Source: Candidatus Dormiibacterota bacterium (GTDB lineage: Bacteria; Chloroflexota; Dormibacteria; Dormibacterales; Dormibacteraceae). Taken from it: a DNA stretch of 64,000 bases. A program made the position numbers and the translations under genes. Below are positions 28,325-38,196 of the stretch, piece by piece (position 1 is the stretch's first letter; every line of letters begins with the position of its first letter). Where the stretch lies: contig DATAXV010000112.1 of NCBI GenBank assembly GCA_036272915.1, positions 22,510-86,509 on the forward strand, in the 5' to 3' direction. The notes under the pieces are model-generated. The model did not search any database. It worked only from the letters and a program-made list of their open reading frames with translations, and was not told the DNA's origin.

Positions 28325-29353
28325 ATGCCCAGGGAGCTGATCGCGGTATCGACGGGACGCATCGAGTTCCGCGAGTACGAGGAGCCGTCTCTGGCGGCGA
28401 CCCAGGTGCGGGTCAGGACCGACTTCGCCGCGGCCAAGCACGGGACCGAGGGGGCCATGGTCCGCGGCTACGCCGCCGCGCGGGGCCCCTGGGATGAGGA
28501 GCTGCAGCTCTTCGACACCTCCCGCGCGGCCGCCTCGGCGGCCCCGGTGGCGGTGGGCAACATGTTCGTCGGCACCGCGGTCGAGGTCGGGTCCGAGATC
28601 AGCGGCATCAGGACCGGTGACCGCGTCCTCGGTTACGGGCGGTTCAGCGAGAGCCACACGGTCGAGGCGGAGGCCCTGCGAGTGGTGCCCGCCGGTGTCG
28701 ACTGGAGGTCGGCGGTGTGTCTCGACCCGGCCGACTTCGCTCTCGGGGCGGTGCGTGACGGCGGGGTCCGGGTCGGCGACGCGGTGGCCGTCTTCGGGCT
28801 GGGGGCGATCGGGCTGATGGTCGTCCAGATCGCTCGCATGGCCGGCGCCAGCCCGGTCATCGCCGTGGATCCGCTGAGCCGGCGGCGGCAGGTCGCCGCC
28901 GGGCTTGGAGCCGACCTCACCCTCGACCCGACCGCCGTCGACGCCGGTCGCGAGATCAAGGCCTCGACCAGCGGCAGGGGCGTCGACGTCGCCATCGAGT
29001 ACAGCGGCAACGCGGCCGCGCTGCAGGCGGCGCTTCGCGGCATCGGCTTTCGTGGCACCGTCGTCGCGGGCGCCTTCCCGGCGCCCTATCCGGCTGGTCT
29101 CGACTTCGGCGCCGAGGCCCACCTCAACATCCCCAGGATCGTCTTCTCCAGGGCCAACAGCGAGCCTGGGAGAGACGATCCGCGATGGACCGAGGCCAGG
29201 CTCTACGACACCTGCTGGCGATGGATCTGCGACGGACGGCTGCGGGGCGAGAGCGTGGTCGACCCCGTGGTCCCATTCGACGACCTTCCCGGCGCCTACG
29301 AGATGATCCTGAGCGCTCCCGAGGGCGCCATCAAGCTGGGGGCACAGCGATGA
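28325..29353 (+). CDS. MDR-superfamily dehydrogenase-like protein lacking obvious zinc ligands
   Basis: GDRVLG and VAVFGLGAIGLMVVQIARMAGA nucleotide-binding motifs, and an overall MDR layout. Confidence 0.7.
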   Translation: MPRELIAVSTGRIEFREYEEPSLAATQVRVRTDFAAAKHGTEGAMVRGYAAARGPWDEELQLFDTSRAAASAAPVAVGNMFVGTAVEVGSEISGIRTGDRVLGYGRFSESHTVEAEALRVVPAGVDWRSAVCLDPADFALGAVRDGGVRVGDAVAVFGLGAIGLMVVQIARMAGASPVIAVDPLSRRRQVAAGLGADLTLDPTAVDAGREIKASTSGRGVDVAIEYSGNAAALQAALRGIGFRGTVVAGAFPAPYPAGLDFGAEAHLNIPRIVFSRANSEPGRDDPRWTEARLYDTCWRWICDGRLRGESVVDPVVPFDDLPGAYEMILSAPEGAIKLGAQR

Positions 29354-30135
29354 CCACTCCGATCCGGCAGTCCTTCGCCCTCGATCTCTTCCTTCGCGAC
29401 GGCCTCACCCTGGACGAGCTGCTGGCCGGCGCCGGCGCCATCGGCTACCAGGCCGTGGACGTCTTCTTCCCGTCTCCCGAGCGCCTGGAGGAGATCCACC
29501 GGACGGCGCAGTGCCACGGCATCTCGATCTCCTCGCTGTGCGGTCATCACGACCTCGTCCACGGGCTCAACGACGCCACCCAGCACGAGCGCATCCGCAC
29601 CGAGCTGCGGGAGACGATCGCCGCCGCCGAGCGCTACGGGATCCCCGGCCTGATCACCTTCTCCGGCTCCGCGGAGGGACGGGGCGACGACGAGGCCATC
29701 GAAGCCTGCGCCGAGGGTCTGGCCCCGGTGGTGAGGATGGCCGAGGACGCCGGCGTGAACCTCAACATGGAGCTTCTCAACAGCCGGCGCGACCACCCCG
29801 ACTACCAGTGCGACCACACCGTCTGGGGGCAGCGGCTCTGCGACGCCGTCGGCTCACCCCGCGTGACCCTCCTCTACGACATCTATCACATGCAGATCAT
29901 GGAGGGCGACCTGATCGACACCATCCGGTCGCACATCGGCAGCATCACCCACATCCACACCGCCGGGAACCCGGGCCGGGGCATGGTCGACGACGGCCAG
30001 GAGATCAACTACCCGGCCGTTTGCCGCGCCATCGCCGAGACCGGCTACACCGGCTTCGTCGCCCACGAGCTGAAGACCGACCTGCCTCCGCTCGAGGCGC
30101 TGAGGATCTGCCACCGGATCTGCGACGTGCCCTGA
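29350..30135 (+). CDS. sugar phosphate isomerase/epimerase (xylose isomerase-like TIM barrel, hydroxypyruvate isomerase-like)
   Basis: Start at MTTPIRQSF (ATG 29350), overlapping the upstream stop as ATGA. Motifs LNMELLN and THIHTAGNPGRG. Confidence 0.8.
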   Translation: MTTPIRQSFALDLFLRDGLTLDELLAGAGAIGYQAVDVFFPSPERLEEIHRTAQCHGISISSLCGHHDLVHGLNDATQHERIRTELRETIAAAERYGIPGLITFSGSAEGRGDDEAIEACAEGLAPVVRMAEDAGVNLNMELLNSRRDHPDYQCDHTVWGQRLCDAVGSPRVTLLYDIYHMQIMEGDLIDTIRSHIGSITHIHTAGNPGRGMVDDGQEINYPAVCRAIAETGYTGFVAHELKTDLPPLEALRICHRICDVP

Positions 30136-30303
30136 GAGCGGCCGGCGCCGGGGGCGGACGGTGCTCGGGGCTGGCCGCTCACCCTCGCCGCGGCGAGGTC
30201 GGAGACTTCCGTGCCGAGCGCTGAAATGACCGTGGTGGTTGCGAGGGGCGGCGGGCCGTAGACTGTCCGCGAACACCACCCACCCTAGCGAGGCTAGCAA
30301 ATC

Positions 30304-31053
30304 GTGAAGATCTTCGCCACCTACAACATCAAGGGAGGGGTGGGAAAGACGTCTGCCGCCGTCAACCTCGCCTACCTGGCCGCCAACAGCGGGCGCCGGA
30401 CGCTGCTCTGGGACCTCGATCCACAGGGTGCCGCCACCTACGTCTACCAGGTCAAGGCGCGCGTCAAGCACGGCGGCAAAGCGCTGATCACCGGCAAGCG
30501 CCCTCTCGACGGCGCCATCCGCGAGACCGCCTTCGAGCTTCTCGACCTGCTGCCGGCGGACTTCGACTACCGCAACATGGACCTCGAACTGGACAGCGCG
30601 AAGAAGCCGACGAGGCGTCTGGCCCGCGTGCTGTCGTCGCTCGAGGGCACGTACGACGTGGTCTTTCTCGACTGCCCACCGAGCATCTCGCTGGTCTCGG
30701 AGAACGTCATGCACGCGGCCGACACCCTACTCGTACCGATCATCCCAACCACACTGTCGGTGCGGACGCTCGAGCAGGTGGAGCGCTTCATCGACAGCTT
30801 CGACGGCAGCCGGCCGTCGGTGCTCGCCTTCTTCTCCATGGTCGACGGGCGCAAGCGGCTGCATCGCGAGACGATGGAGCGCCTCTGGCGGGATCGCAGC
30901 GACATCGCCAGCACGACCATCCCCGCCCTCTCCGTCGTCGAGCAGATGACCGTCCGGCAGGCACCGGTGCTCGTCTTCGCGCCCAAGAGCCAGCCGTCCC
31001 TTGCCTACGCGCAGCTCTGGGAGGAGGTGGTCCAGCGCGACGGGGACCGCTGA
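30304..31053 (+). CDS. ParA/Soj-family ATPase (orphan; no parB seen nearby)
   Basis: Deviant Walker A NIKGGVGKTSAAVNLA, then LLWDLDPQG and VFLDCPPS. GTG start. Confidence 0.85.
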   Translation: MKIFATYNIKGGVGKTSAAVNLAYLAANSGRRTLLWDLDPQGAATYVYQVKARVKHGGKALITGKRPLDGAIRETAFELLDLLPADFDYRNMDLELDSAKKPTRRLARVLSSLEGTYDVVFLDCPPSISLVSENVMHAADTLLVPIIPTTLSVRTLEQVERFIDSFDGSRPSVLAFFSMVDGRKRLHRETMERLWRDRSDIASTTIPALSVVEQMTVRQAPVLVFAPKSQPSLAYAQLWEEVVQRDGDR

Positions 31054-31084
31054 GGCGAAGGGGCACCCCGCGCCGGTTGGGTGA

Positions 31085-31360
31085 TCAGGGGATCGCGACC
31101 GCGACGCGCCGGACCTCCACCTGGTCGATGACGACGCCGGGCGCTGTCCACGCGCCGGTCGACTCCATCATCGCCCTCGCCTGCCCCTCGGTCTCGAACA
31201 TGACCACGGCGAAGCCGCGACCGTCGGCCGGCTCCAGCCAGTAGCCGCGGGCGAAGCCCTCCGAGGACCGGATCTCGGGCAGGATCTTGTCGGTCAGCAC
31301 CGCCGCGGCGGCGGGTGCCAGGGCGGGGTCGACGGTGAGCCAGACGACGGCTGCGTACAT
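31085..31360 (-). CDS. small hypothetical protein (ferredoxin-like / ABM-like fold guessed)
   Basis: Start at MYAAVVW (ATG 31360) with a GGAGGA RBS. 91 aa with good GC3 bias. No diagnostic motif. Confidence 0.5.
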   Translation of the reverse strand: MYAAVVWLTVDPALAPAAAAVLTDKILPEIRSSEGFARGYWLEPADGRGFAVVMFETEGQARAMMESTGAWTAPGVVIDQVEVRRVAVAIP

Positions 31361-31541
31361 GGATGTCCTCCATTCGTCCTGTGTCGCGTGAGCAAGCCCC
31401 ACGAGCTTTGACGACCGAGGCTGCGGCCCAAACTCATCGCCGAACCGGGAGCGATCGTCGCCGGCCCTCACCCGACCCCCGGCTCACCGGTGCTCCGGCC
31501 CGTGAAGCGTGGGGTGCGTCACGGCGATACGCTAACTCGCA

Positions 31542-32798
31542 ATGGAACCCTGGTTCACCTCGGCCAAACTCGGAATCTTCATCCACTGGGGCATCTATGC
31601 CGTCAAGGGTGTGCCCGAGTCGTGGTCCTTCTTCAACGGGGAGATCGGCTACGACGACTACATGGACCAGCTCCAGGGATTCACGGCGAGCCACTTCGAC
31701 CCCGACCAGTGGGCGGAGCTCTTCCTCCGCGCCGGCGCCCGGTATGCCGTCCTGACCTCCAAGCATCACGACGGTGTCGCCCTCTTCGACACCAGGCAGA
31801 GCGAACTCTCCACCGTCCGGCGAACGCCGGCCGGCCGCGATCTCGTGCGCGAGTTCGTCGATGCCATGCGCCGCCACGATCTCCGGGTCGGGCTCTACTT
31901 CTCACACCTCGACTGGTCCCACCCCGACTACGCCACCGTCCGCAGGCACGAGGCGGGCGACCGTCAGCTCAATCGATTCTCGGCACCCCCGCCCGGAGAG
32001 GAGGATCCGGAGCGCTGGGAGCGGTTCCTGCAGTTCCACCGGGCCCAGGTCGAGGAGGTTATCCGCGCCTACCACCCGGACCTGCTCTGGTTCGACGGCG
32101 AGTGGGAGCGCGACGAGCCCCAGTGGCGGATGCGCGAGCTGCGCGAGCAGATCCGGCAGTGGGATCCGCACGCCATCGTCAACGGCCGGATGCTGGGCTT
32201 CGGCGATTACGCGACGCCCGAGCAGGGCATCCCCATCGAGCCGCCCGAGGGGCCCTGGGAGCTCTGTCTCACCATCAACGACTCCTGGGGCTGGCAGGGC
32301 GGGGACCGCAATCACAAGTCGGTCCGCCAGCTGGTCCGCATCCTCGCCGAGACCGTCGGCGCCGGCGGCAACCTGCTGCTCGACGTCGGGCCCCACGAGG
32401 ACGGCACCATCACCGAGGAGCAGCGGGAGCGCCTCGAGGGTCTCGGCCTGTGGGTCGACCGCCATGCCGAGGCGATCTACGACACGCGACGAGGCCTGCC
32501 CTGCGGCCACTTCCACGGCGCCTCCACGCTGACCCCCGACCGCCGGACGCTCTACCTCTTCCTGTTCGACCGCCCCAACGAGCACGTCGTGCTGAGGGGC
32601 CTCCAGACCCCGATCCATCACGTGCGCGTCGTCGGCAGCGCCAGCAAGCTGCGCCACCGCCTCTACGGCGGCCTCGGCGAGGTACCCGGCCTGGTCTACA
32701 TCGACATCGCCGACGGGCACCTCGACCCGCTGACGACCGTCCTCGCCGTCGAGTTCGAGCAACCGCTCGAGCTCTACCGTGGGAAGGGCCGGGACTGA
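31542..32798 (+). CDS. alpha-L-fucosidase (GH29)
   Basis: KLGIFIHWGIYAV, YAVLTSKHHDGVALFDT and WFDGEW motifs. Confidence 0.85.
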   Translation: MEPWFTSAKLGIFIHWGIYAVKGVPESWSFFNGEIGYDDYMDQLQGFTASHFDPDQWAELFLRAGARYAVLTSKHHDGVALFDTRQSELSTVRRTPAGRDLVREFVDAMRRHDLRVGLYFSHLDWSHPDYATVRRHEAGDRQLNRFSAPPPGEEDPERWERFLQFHRAQVEEVIRAYHPDLLWFDGEWERDEPQWRMRELREQIRQWDPHAIVNGRMLGFGDYATPEQGIPIEPPEGPWELCLTINDSWGWQGGDRNHKSVRQLVRILAETVGAGGNLLLDVGPHEDGTITEEQRERLEGLGLWVDRHAEAIYDTRRGLPCGHFHGASTLTPDRRTLYLFLFDRPNEHVVLRGLQTPIHHVRVVGSASKLRHRLYGGLGEVPGLVYIDIADGHLDPLTTVLAVEFEQPLELYRGKGRD

Positions 32799-32863
32799 CC
32801 TCGGCCGGCCTTCACCGGGGCGCTGGGATCGGGCGGTGCGCCTGTGCTATCACTGGGCGCGCG

Positions 32864-33382
32864 ATGACTGAGCCGTGGGAGCCGCCGATCCGAGTGATCC
32901 CGTCGGCGCGCCGTACGCGGACGATATCGGCGCGGATGGTCGCGGGCACGCTCGAGCTCCGCGTACCCGCCTCGATGTCGGAGGCGGAGCGGGGCCGGTG
33001 GGTCGAGCGGATGCGCGAGCGCCTCCGCCGCCAGGTGCGGAGGACCAGGAACGACGTCGACCTGGAGGACCGCGCGCAGCGTCTCAACCAGCGCCACTTC
33101 CACGGCGCGCTGCGCTGGAACGGCGTGGCCTGGGCCGAGCAGGAGAGCCGCTGGGGGTCCTGCTCACCGGCGGCGGGCGGGATCCGCATCTCCTCCCGTG
33201 CCGCCGAGCTGCCCCCGTGGGTGCTCGACTACATCCTCGTCCACGAGCTCGCCCACCTCCGCGAGCCGGGGCACGGGCCCGAGTTCTGGGCCCTGTGCAA
33301 CCGCTACTCGCTGACCGAGCGTGCCCGCGGCTACCTGATGGCCGTCGACCATCTCCGGGGACAGCAGGAGCTCACGGAGTGA
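32864..33382 (+). CDS. YgjP-like (DUF45) metal-dependent hydrolase
   Basis: Only the 3' 519 nt of track ORF 31490..33382 are credible, from MTEPWEPP. Motifs WGSCS and the zinc motif HELAHL. Confidence 0.75.
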   Translation: MTEPWEPPIRVIPSARRTRTISARMVAGTLELRVPASMSEAERGRWVERMRERLRRQVRRTRNDVDLEDRAQRLNQRHFHGALRWNGVAWAEQESRWGSCSPAAGGIRISSRAAELPPWVLDYILVHELAHLREPGHGPEFWALCNRYSLTERARGYLMAVDHLRGQQELTE

Positions 33383-34409
33383 GGACGATCTTCACCGCCT
33401 GACGGGCGTCGAACAGCCGGTAGGCCTCCTCCGCCTCGGCCAGCTTCATGCGGTGGCTGATGATCCGCGAGGGATCGATCCTCCCCGCCGCCAGCAGGTC
33501 GAGCAGCGGCCGCATGCGGGGCTGCACGTTGCACCAGCCCGACCGGAAGGTGAGATCGCGCAGCCAGGCGTGCATGTAGGGGAAGTCGCCGCCCACCTGC
33601 GAGGGCACGCCGACGCAGGACACGGTCCCGCCGCCGCGGACGCATTCGATGGCCGTCTCGATCGCCGACGGCACGCCCACGCACTCGATGCTGGCATCGA
33701 CCCCGAGGTCTCCGGTCTGGGCGCGCAGCGCCTCCACCGGGTGGGTGCGCGAGGCGTCGACCGGGATCGCCCCCAGGCTCCTCGCCACCTCCAGGCGCTC
33801 GGCGACCATGTCCACAGCGAAGATGCGGGCCGGCCCGAAGAGCTGGGCGGCCATGATCGCGAGCAGGCCGACCGGCCCGGCGCCGACCACGGCCACGGTG
33901 TCGCCCGGATGAATGTCCGCGCGCTCGGCGCCGAACATGGCCGTGGCCAGCCCATCGCCGACGAAGATCGCGTTCTCGTCCGAGACCTCGTCCGGGATCA
34001 CCTCGAGGGTGTGGTCGGCGAAGGGCACCACGCAGTATTCGGACTGGCCGCCGCCCAGATCGCCGAGGAACTCGCCGTGCCCGAACGTCCCCTTGTGCTC
34101 GCACTGCGAGTACCAGCCCCGCCGGCACAGGCGGCAGGCGCCGCAGGCGCTGAAGAAGGAGGCGACCACGCGCTGGCCTGGCTCGAACCGGGTGACGGCG
34201 CCTCCCACCTCCTCGACCACGCCCACGAACTCGTGCCCGATCTGCGCGCCCTGCTGCACCGGGGTGGCACCGTGCAGCAGGTGCAGGTCGGAGCCGCAGA
34301 TGGCGCTGAGCGTGATCCTGACCAGGACCTGGTGGGACTCGTTCAGCGACGGGCGGTCGACCTCCTCGACCGCGAACCGGCCGACATCCTGGAACGTCAC
34401 TGCCTTCAT
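33372..34409 (-). CDS. zinc-dependent alcohol dehydrogenase (MDR family)
   Basis: Start at MKAVTFQD (ATG 34409). Motifs AICGSDLH, GHEFVGVV, CGACRLCRRG and VVGAGPVGL. Confidence 0.85.
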   Translation of the reverse strand: MKAVTFQDVGRFAVEEVDRPSLNESHQVLVRITLSAICGSDLHLLHGATPVQQGAQIGHEFVGVVEEVGGAVTRFEPGQRVVASFFSACGACRLCRRGWYSQCEHKGTFGHGEFLGDLGGGQSEYCVVPFADHTLEVIPDEVSDENAIFVGDGLATAMFGAERADIHPGDTVAVVGAGPVGLLAIMAAQLFGPARIFAVDMVAERLEVARSLGAIPVDASRTHPVEALRAQTGDLGVDASIECVGVPSAIETAIECVRGGGTVSCVGVPSQVGGDFPYMHAWLRDLTFRSGWCNVQPRMRPLLDLLAAGRIDPSRIISHRMKLAEAEEAYRLFDARQAVKIVLTP

Positions 34410-34419
34410 CGGGACCAGT

Positions 34420-35019
34420 CTAGAGGCGCCGGGGCGGCTTCTCCTCCGCCTCGCCCGAAGCAAGGAGCCGGACTCCGACCCAGGCCTCGACGGCCTCGAT
34501 CGATGGCTCGTAGCCGCTGGTGGTGTCGACGCGCAGCACGGGAACGCCGAGGTCGGGCGGCTCGGCCGCGGCGAGGTCGGGAGACGTCCAGTCGCGGTAG
34601 TCGTCCGGGCCCAGCTCGGCGTAGCCGGCGTCGAAGTGCACCCAGTGTCGCGAGGGTCCCCGGAGCCGGACGCGGTTGAACAGCGTTCGCCGGTCGGTGT
34701 CGCACTGGAGCAGCGCGGCGCGGGCCGAGGCGACCAGAGGGCGGATGCCGTCGACGACGTCGCCGTGGAACGGCGCCTCCAGGATCGCCCCCAGGCCGAG
34801 GTCGAGATGGCGGCGGGCGAGCGCGAGGATGACGGCGAAGCTGGCCTCGCCGAGGCGGACCGAGTCCTCCCGCGCCGGGGCGCCGAGGACATCGGCCATC
34901 CCCTCCTTGATCGTGTCCTTGTCGAGCACGGGCATGCGCAGTCGCCTGGCGAGCAGCGCCGCCTGCGTCGACTTCCCGGCCCCGGCCGCACCGTTGACGA
35001 GGAGCAGGGACGCCGTCAT
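34420..35019 (-). CDS. P-loop NTPase / kinase-like protein
   Basis: Start at MTASLLLVNG (ATG 35019). Walker A GAAGAGKST. 199 aa. Confidence 0.65.
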   Translation of the reverse strand: MTASLLLVNGAAGAGKSTQAALLARRLRMPVLDKDTIKEGMADVLGAPAREDSVRLGEASFAVILALARRHLDLGLGAILEAPFHGDVVDGIRPLVASARAALLQCDTDRRTLFNRVRLRGPSRHWVHFDAGYAELGPDDYRDWTSPDLAAAEPPDLGVPVLRVDTTSGYEPSIEAVEAWVGVRLLASGEAEEKPPRRL

Positions 35020-35166
35020 CGGACCCGCTCCCCCCTCGCACCGCGCACCCGACGTCCCCTCACCTGACTCTCTCCGAACATCCGAGGGAGGATAGCCGGA
35101 GGGCCGCCGTCGCATCGTACAAACGGTCCACAGATCGAGCAGTTCACCGCATAAGCTGGGGGCGAA

Positions 35167-35964
35167 GTGTTGAGGCTGAAAGGCGCCGTGGTCCTGGTCA
35201 CCGGCGCATCCAGCGGGATCGGCGAGGCCACCGCCCTCGCCTTCGCCCGCCGCAAGGCCCGAATCGCCCTCTGCGCCCGCCGCGTCGACCGCCTCAACGC
35301 CGTCGCCGAGCGCTGCCGCCAGGCCGGGGCCAGGGAGGTGGTGGTTCGCAAGGCCGACATCAGCCGGCCGGTCGAGGCTCGCTCCTTCGTCTACGCGGCG
35401 CTGCAGGCCTACGACCAGATCGACATCGTCGTCAACAACGCCGGCATCGGCTGGCGGGGCCGGCTGGTGGAGATGCCCGAGGAGGACGCGACCTCGCTCA
35501 TGCACACCAACGTGCTGGGCAGCCTCTGGGTGATCCAGGCCGCCCTCCCCTCGATGATGTCGAGAGGCTCGGGCATCATCATCAACGTCGCCTCGGTGGT
35601 CGGCTTCCGCGCCATCCCCTACTCCGCGGCCTACTCGGCCTCCAAGTACGCGCTGGTCGGGATGTCGCACGCGCTGCGCGGCGAGCTCAGCGGCACCGGC
35701 GTCAAGGTGTCCGTCGTGTACCCGGGGACCACCGCCACCGAGTTCTTCGGCGAGGAGGGAGCCGAGGGTCCCATCGTCCACTCGGCGCAGCACGTCGCCA
35801 ACGCGATCATCCGGACCGCGCGATGGCCACGCCGGGACACGATCATCCTTCCCTACCGCCTGGCCAAGCTCGCCGAGCCGATCTTCGGCGGCCTCCTCGA
35901 CCACGTCCTCGGCGAATTCCGGCGACGCCAGTACCCCGAGCTGCACCAGCCGCCGCTCGACTGA
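35167..35964 (+). CDS. short-chain dehydrogenase/reductase (SDR)
   Basis: Motifs VTGASSGIG, NNAG and YSASKYA. Confidence 0.85.
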   Translation: MLRLKGAVVLVTGASSGIGEATALAFARRKARIALCARRVDRLNAVAERCRQAGAREVVVRKADISRPVEARSFVYAALQAYDQIDIVVNNAGIGWRGRLVEMPEEDATSLMHTNVLGSLWVIQAALPSMMSRGSGIIINVASVVGFRAIPYSAAYSASKYALVGMSHALRGELSGTGVKVSVVYPGTTATEFFGEEGAEGPIVHSAQHVANAIIRTARWPRRDTIILPYRLAKLAEPIFGGLLDHVLGEFRRRQYPELHQPPLD

Positions 35965-36249
35965 ATCCGCACGCCGACCGGCGCTTCCAGGACAACGGGA
36001 TGTTCCGCTCAGGACCAAGCGGGACTATCATCTCCGCAGGCTCCCGCCGCAGCGTGCTTCCCCTCAGTCACCGGCGTGTACCGGAAGGTGGATGCCGTTC
36101 ACCAGGCGGTCAAAATCGACCCCTCGATCCGGCGTGGATCGCGGGGCTCAGACGGATCCGGTCGGAGCCGTACGGCCTCCGACGGGGCGGCGTGGGGCGA
36201 ACCGGTGGCGTGGGGTGTTAACGGCGAAGCGATTCGTGGAGGCGATGCA

Positions 36250-36522
36250 ATGGTCTTTGACAAGCAGTCAGTGATCGATCACATCAGCCAGGTGGCCGGC
36301 TCCGATCAGGCCCAACAGGCCCTGCAGTCTCTCCCCGACCAGGTCGATACCGAGCTGCACGGCGACATCCTCCAGAAGCTGGGTGTCGATCCGCAGCAGA
36401 TGGTGAGCCAGCTCGGCGGTGAGCTCGGCGGCAAGTTTGGCGACTCGCAGCTGGGCTCGCAGCTCGGGAACGACGTCGGCAACATGTTCGGCGGCGGCGG
36501 GAACAAGAACCAGCAGAACTGA
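36250..36522 (+). CDS. small Gly/Gln-rich hypothetical protein
   Basis: ATG 36250 preceded by GGAGG. 90 aa with a low-complexity C-terminus. Confidence 0.4.
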   Translation: MVFDKQSVIDHISQVAGSDQAQQALQSLPDQVDTELHGDILQKLGVDPQQMVSQLGGELGGKFGDSQLGSQLGNDVGNMFGGGGNKNQQN

Positions 36523-36589
36523 GGCATCGGGCCCACCGCACCTGCGGTGGTCTGGCGACATCCACCCAGCACCGGCCGGAGGTAAGGAA

Positions 36590-36811
36590 ATGGCAGATCA
36601 CGTCGAGAACGATCTCGCGAAGCTCAAGGGCATCAAGTCGCACTATGCGGAGATGCTGAAGAGCATCGGCGTCGACTCGATCAGGGAGCTCCGGCATCGC
36701 AACCCGGGACACCTGAAGCAGATGATCGAGGAGCGCCATGGCGCGGTCGTCGGTCTCTCCGAGAAGGAATGCGAGACGTGGATCGAGGAGGCCAAGGCCT
36801 TCCCCGAATGA
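36590..36811 (+). CDS. small helix-hairpin-helix-like protein (DUF4332-like)
   Basis: GGAGGTAAGGAA RBS before ATG 36590. The LKGIKSHYAEMLKSIGVDSIRELR segment resembles an HhH motif. Confidence 0.5.
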   Translation: MADHVENDLAKLKGIKSHYAEMLKSIGVDSIRELRHRNPGHLKQMIEERHGAVVGLSEKECETWIEEAKAFPE

Positions 36812-36905
36812 AGCGCGGGAAGCTCCGGGCGGAGTGACATGACGCCCGGCACCCGCGCCGCTGGACCATGGGTGAGGGCCGCCCCGCCGGCGGTCCGATC
36901 CCGGT

Positions 36906-37226
36906 TCAGGCGGTTGCCTTCTCCGTCCTGTCGCTGTTCACGTACCGGCAGATGCCGGGCTGGAACTCGCGCAGCCGGAGATCCTCCATCTTGCCGGCGA
37001 GGAAGCCGGTCTTGATGGCCAGCCCCCGCGCTCCCCTGGCCTTCTCGTAGGGGAACCGGTAGAGATAGCGGGAATCGACCAGCAGGCAGACCTCCAGCTT
37101 CTCACCCTCGGGCTCGAGGACGTACTTGTAGCAGGGGACCGTCCGGCGGGTGATGTCGCGCTTGGAGTACCCGTTGATGCGGCCCAGCAGCAGGTCGATA
37201 GGCGATCTCATCTCCATCGCAATCAT
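36906..37226 (-). CDS. hypothetical protein
   Basis: 106-aa intact ORF with strong third-position GC bias, 16 nt downstream of the radical SAM gene on the same strand. Confidence 0.5.
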   Translation of the reverse strand: MIAMEMRSPIDLLLGRINGYSKRDITRRTVPCYKYVLEPEGEKLEVCLLVDSRYLYRFPYEKARGARGLAIKTGFLAGKMEDLRLREFQPGICRYVNSDRTEKATA

Positions 37227-37242
37227 AGATCCTGGCCCGACC

Positions 37243-38169
37243 TCAGCCGGGCAGCAGGCTCAGCTGCTGCGGGGCCGGCGCCGGGCGGATGACCGGCCGC
37301 GGCGCGGCATCCGGCGCGGTCGCCGCCCACATCGCCGCCACCCGATCCTGCAGCGGCGCCGTCATCGACGAGGGCAGGTAGGCGCGCCCGGCGTAGTCCC
37401 GGCGGTACCGGGACACCAGCTCCGGCCAGTAGCGCTCGACGGAGGCCAGGAAATGCTCCCGGGTGCCCTCGCGAAGGTAGAGGAGGTTGCTCCAGACGTA
37501 CCGGGCGCCGGACTCGCGGGCCGCCCGCACGACCTCCTCGAGCTGCTCGGGGCGGTCGCTCAGCCCGGGCAGGATCGGGGCCATGCTGATGCCGCAGCGG
37601 ATGCCGGCGGCGGCCAGCCGCTCAAGCGCCCGCAGTCGCTGGCGTGGCGGCGCCGTCCCCGGCTCGCTGCGCCGCCAGACGTCGTGATCGAGGGTGGGGA
37701 TGCTGAAGGTCACGCTGACCTCCGCCCTCCGGGCCAGGTCGGTGAGGACGTCGATGTCTCGCACCACCATCGGTCCCCGGGTGATCAGGCTGGCCGGCGA
37801 GGCGGCGGCGGCGAAGGCGCCGAGGCAGCCGCGGGTCAACCGGAAGCGGCCCTCGGCCGGCTGGTAGGGGTCGGTGGCGGCGCCGACGGCGACCTGCTCG
37901 CGGCCCCAGCTCGGGCGGGCCAGCTCGGCGCGGAGCACCTGGGCGATGTTGACCTTGACCCGGATCGAGCGTCCGTAGGCGTCGCCGGAGGGCCGTTGGG
38001 CGCGGCGCTCGAAGGCGCGGACGTAGCAGAAGGTGCAGCGATGCTCGCACCCGGTGTACGGGTTCAGCGACCAGCGGAAGGGCATCCCCTTGACCGCGTT
38101 CAGCGCCGACTTGCAGGGCTGCTCGTCATACGCGACCGGCGGGCGTCGTGGCTCGGGATCCACCAACAC
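37243..38169 (-). CDS. radical SAM protein (SplB / Rv2578c-like DNA repair photolyase family)
   Basis: NPYTGCEHRCTFCY is a CxxxCxxC radical SAM motif in the context typical of SPL-like proteins. Confidence 0.8.
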   Translation of the reverse strand: MLVDPEPRRPPVAYDEQPCKSALNAVKGMPFRWSLNPYTGCEHRCTFCYVRAFERRAQRPSGDAYGRSIRVKVNIAQVLRAELARPSWGREQVAVGAATDPYQPAEGRFRLTRGCLGAFAAAASPASLITRGPMVVRDIDVLTDLARRAEVSVTFSIPTLDHDVWRRSEPGTAPPRQRLRALERLAAAGIRCGISMAPILPGLSDRPEQLEEVVRAARESGARYVWSNLLYLREGTREHFLASVERYWPELVSRYRRDYAGRAYLPSSMTAPLQDRVAAMWAATAPDAAPRPVIRPAPAPQQLSLLPG

Positions 38170-38196
38170 CCATCATAGAACAGACGTTCGGAACCG

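Noticed and set aside
31490-32863. N-terminal 458 codons of ORF 31490..33382
   Set aside because: This part is out of frame with the well-supported GH29 fucosidase gene. Only the last 172 codons (the DUF45/HELAHL protein) are credible.
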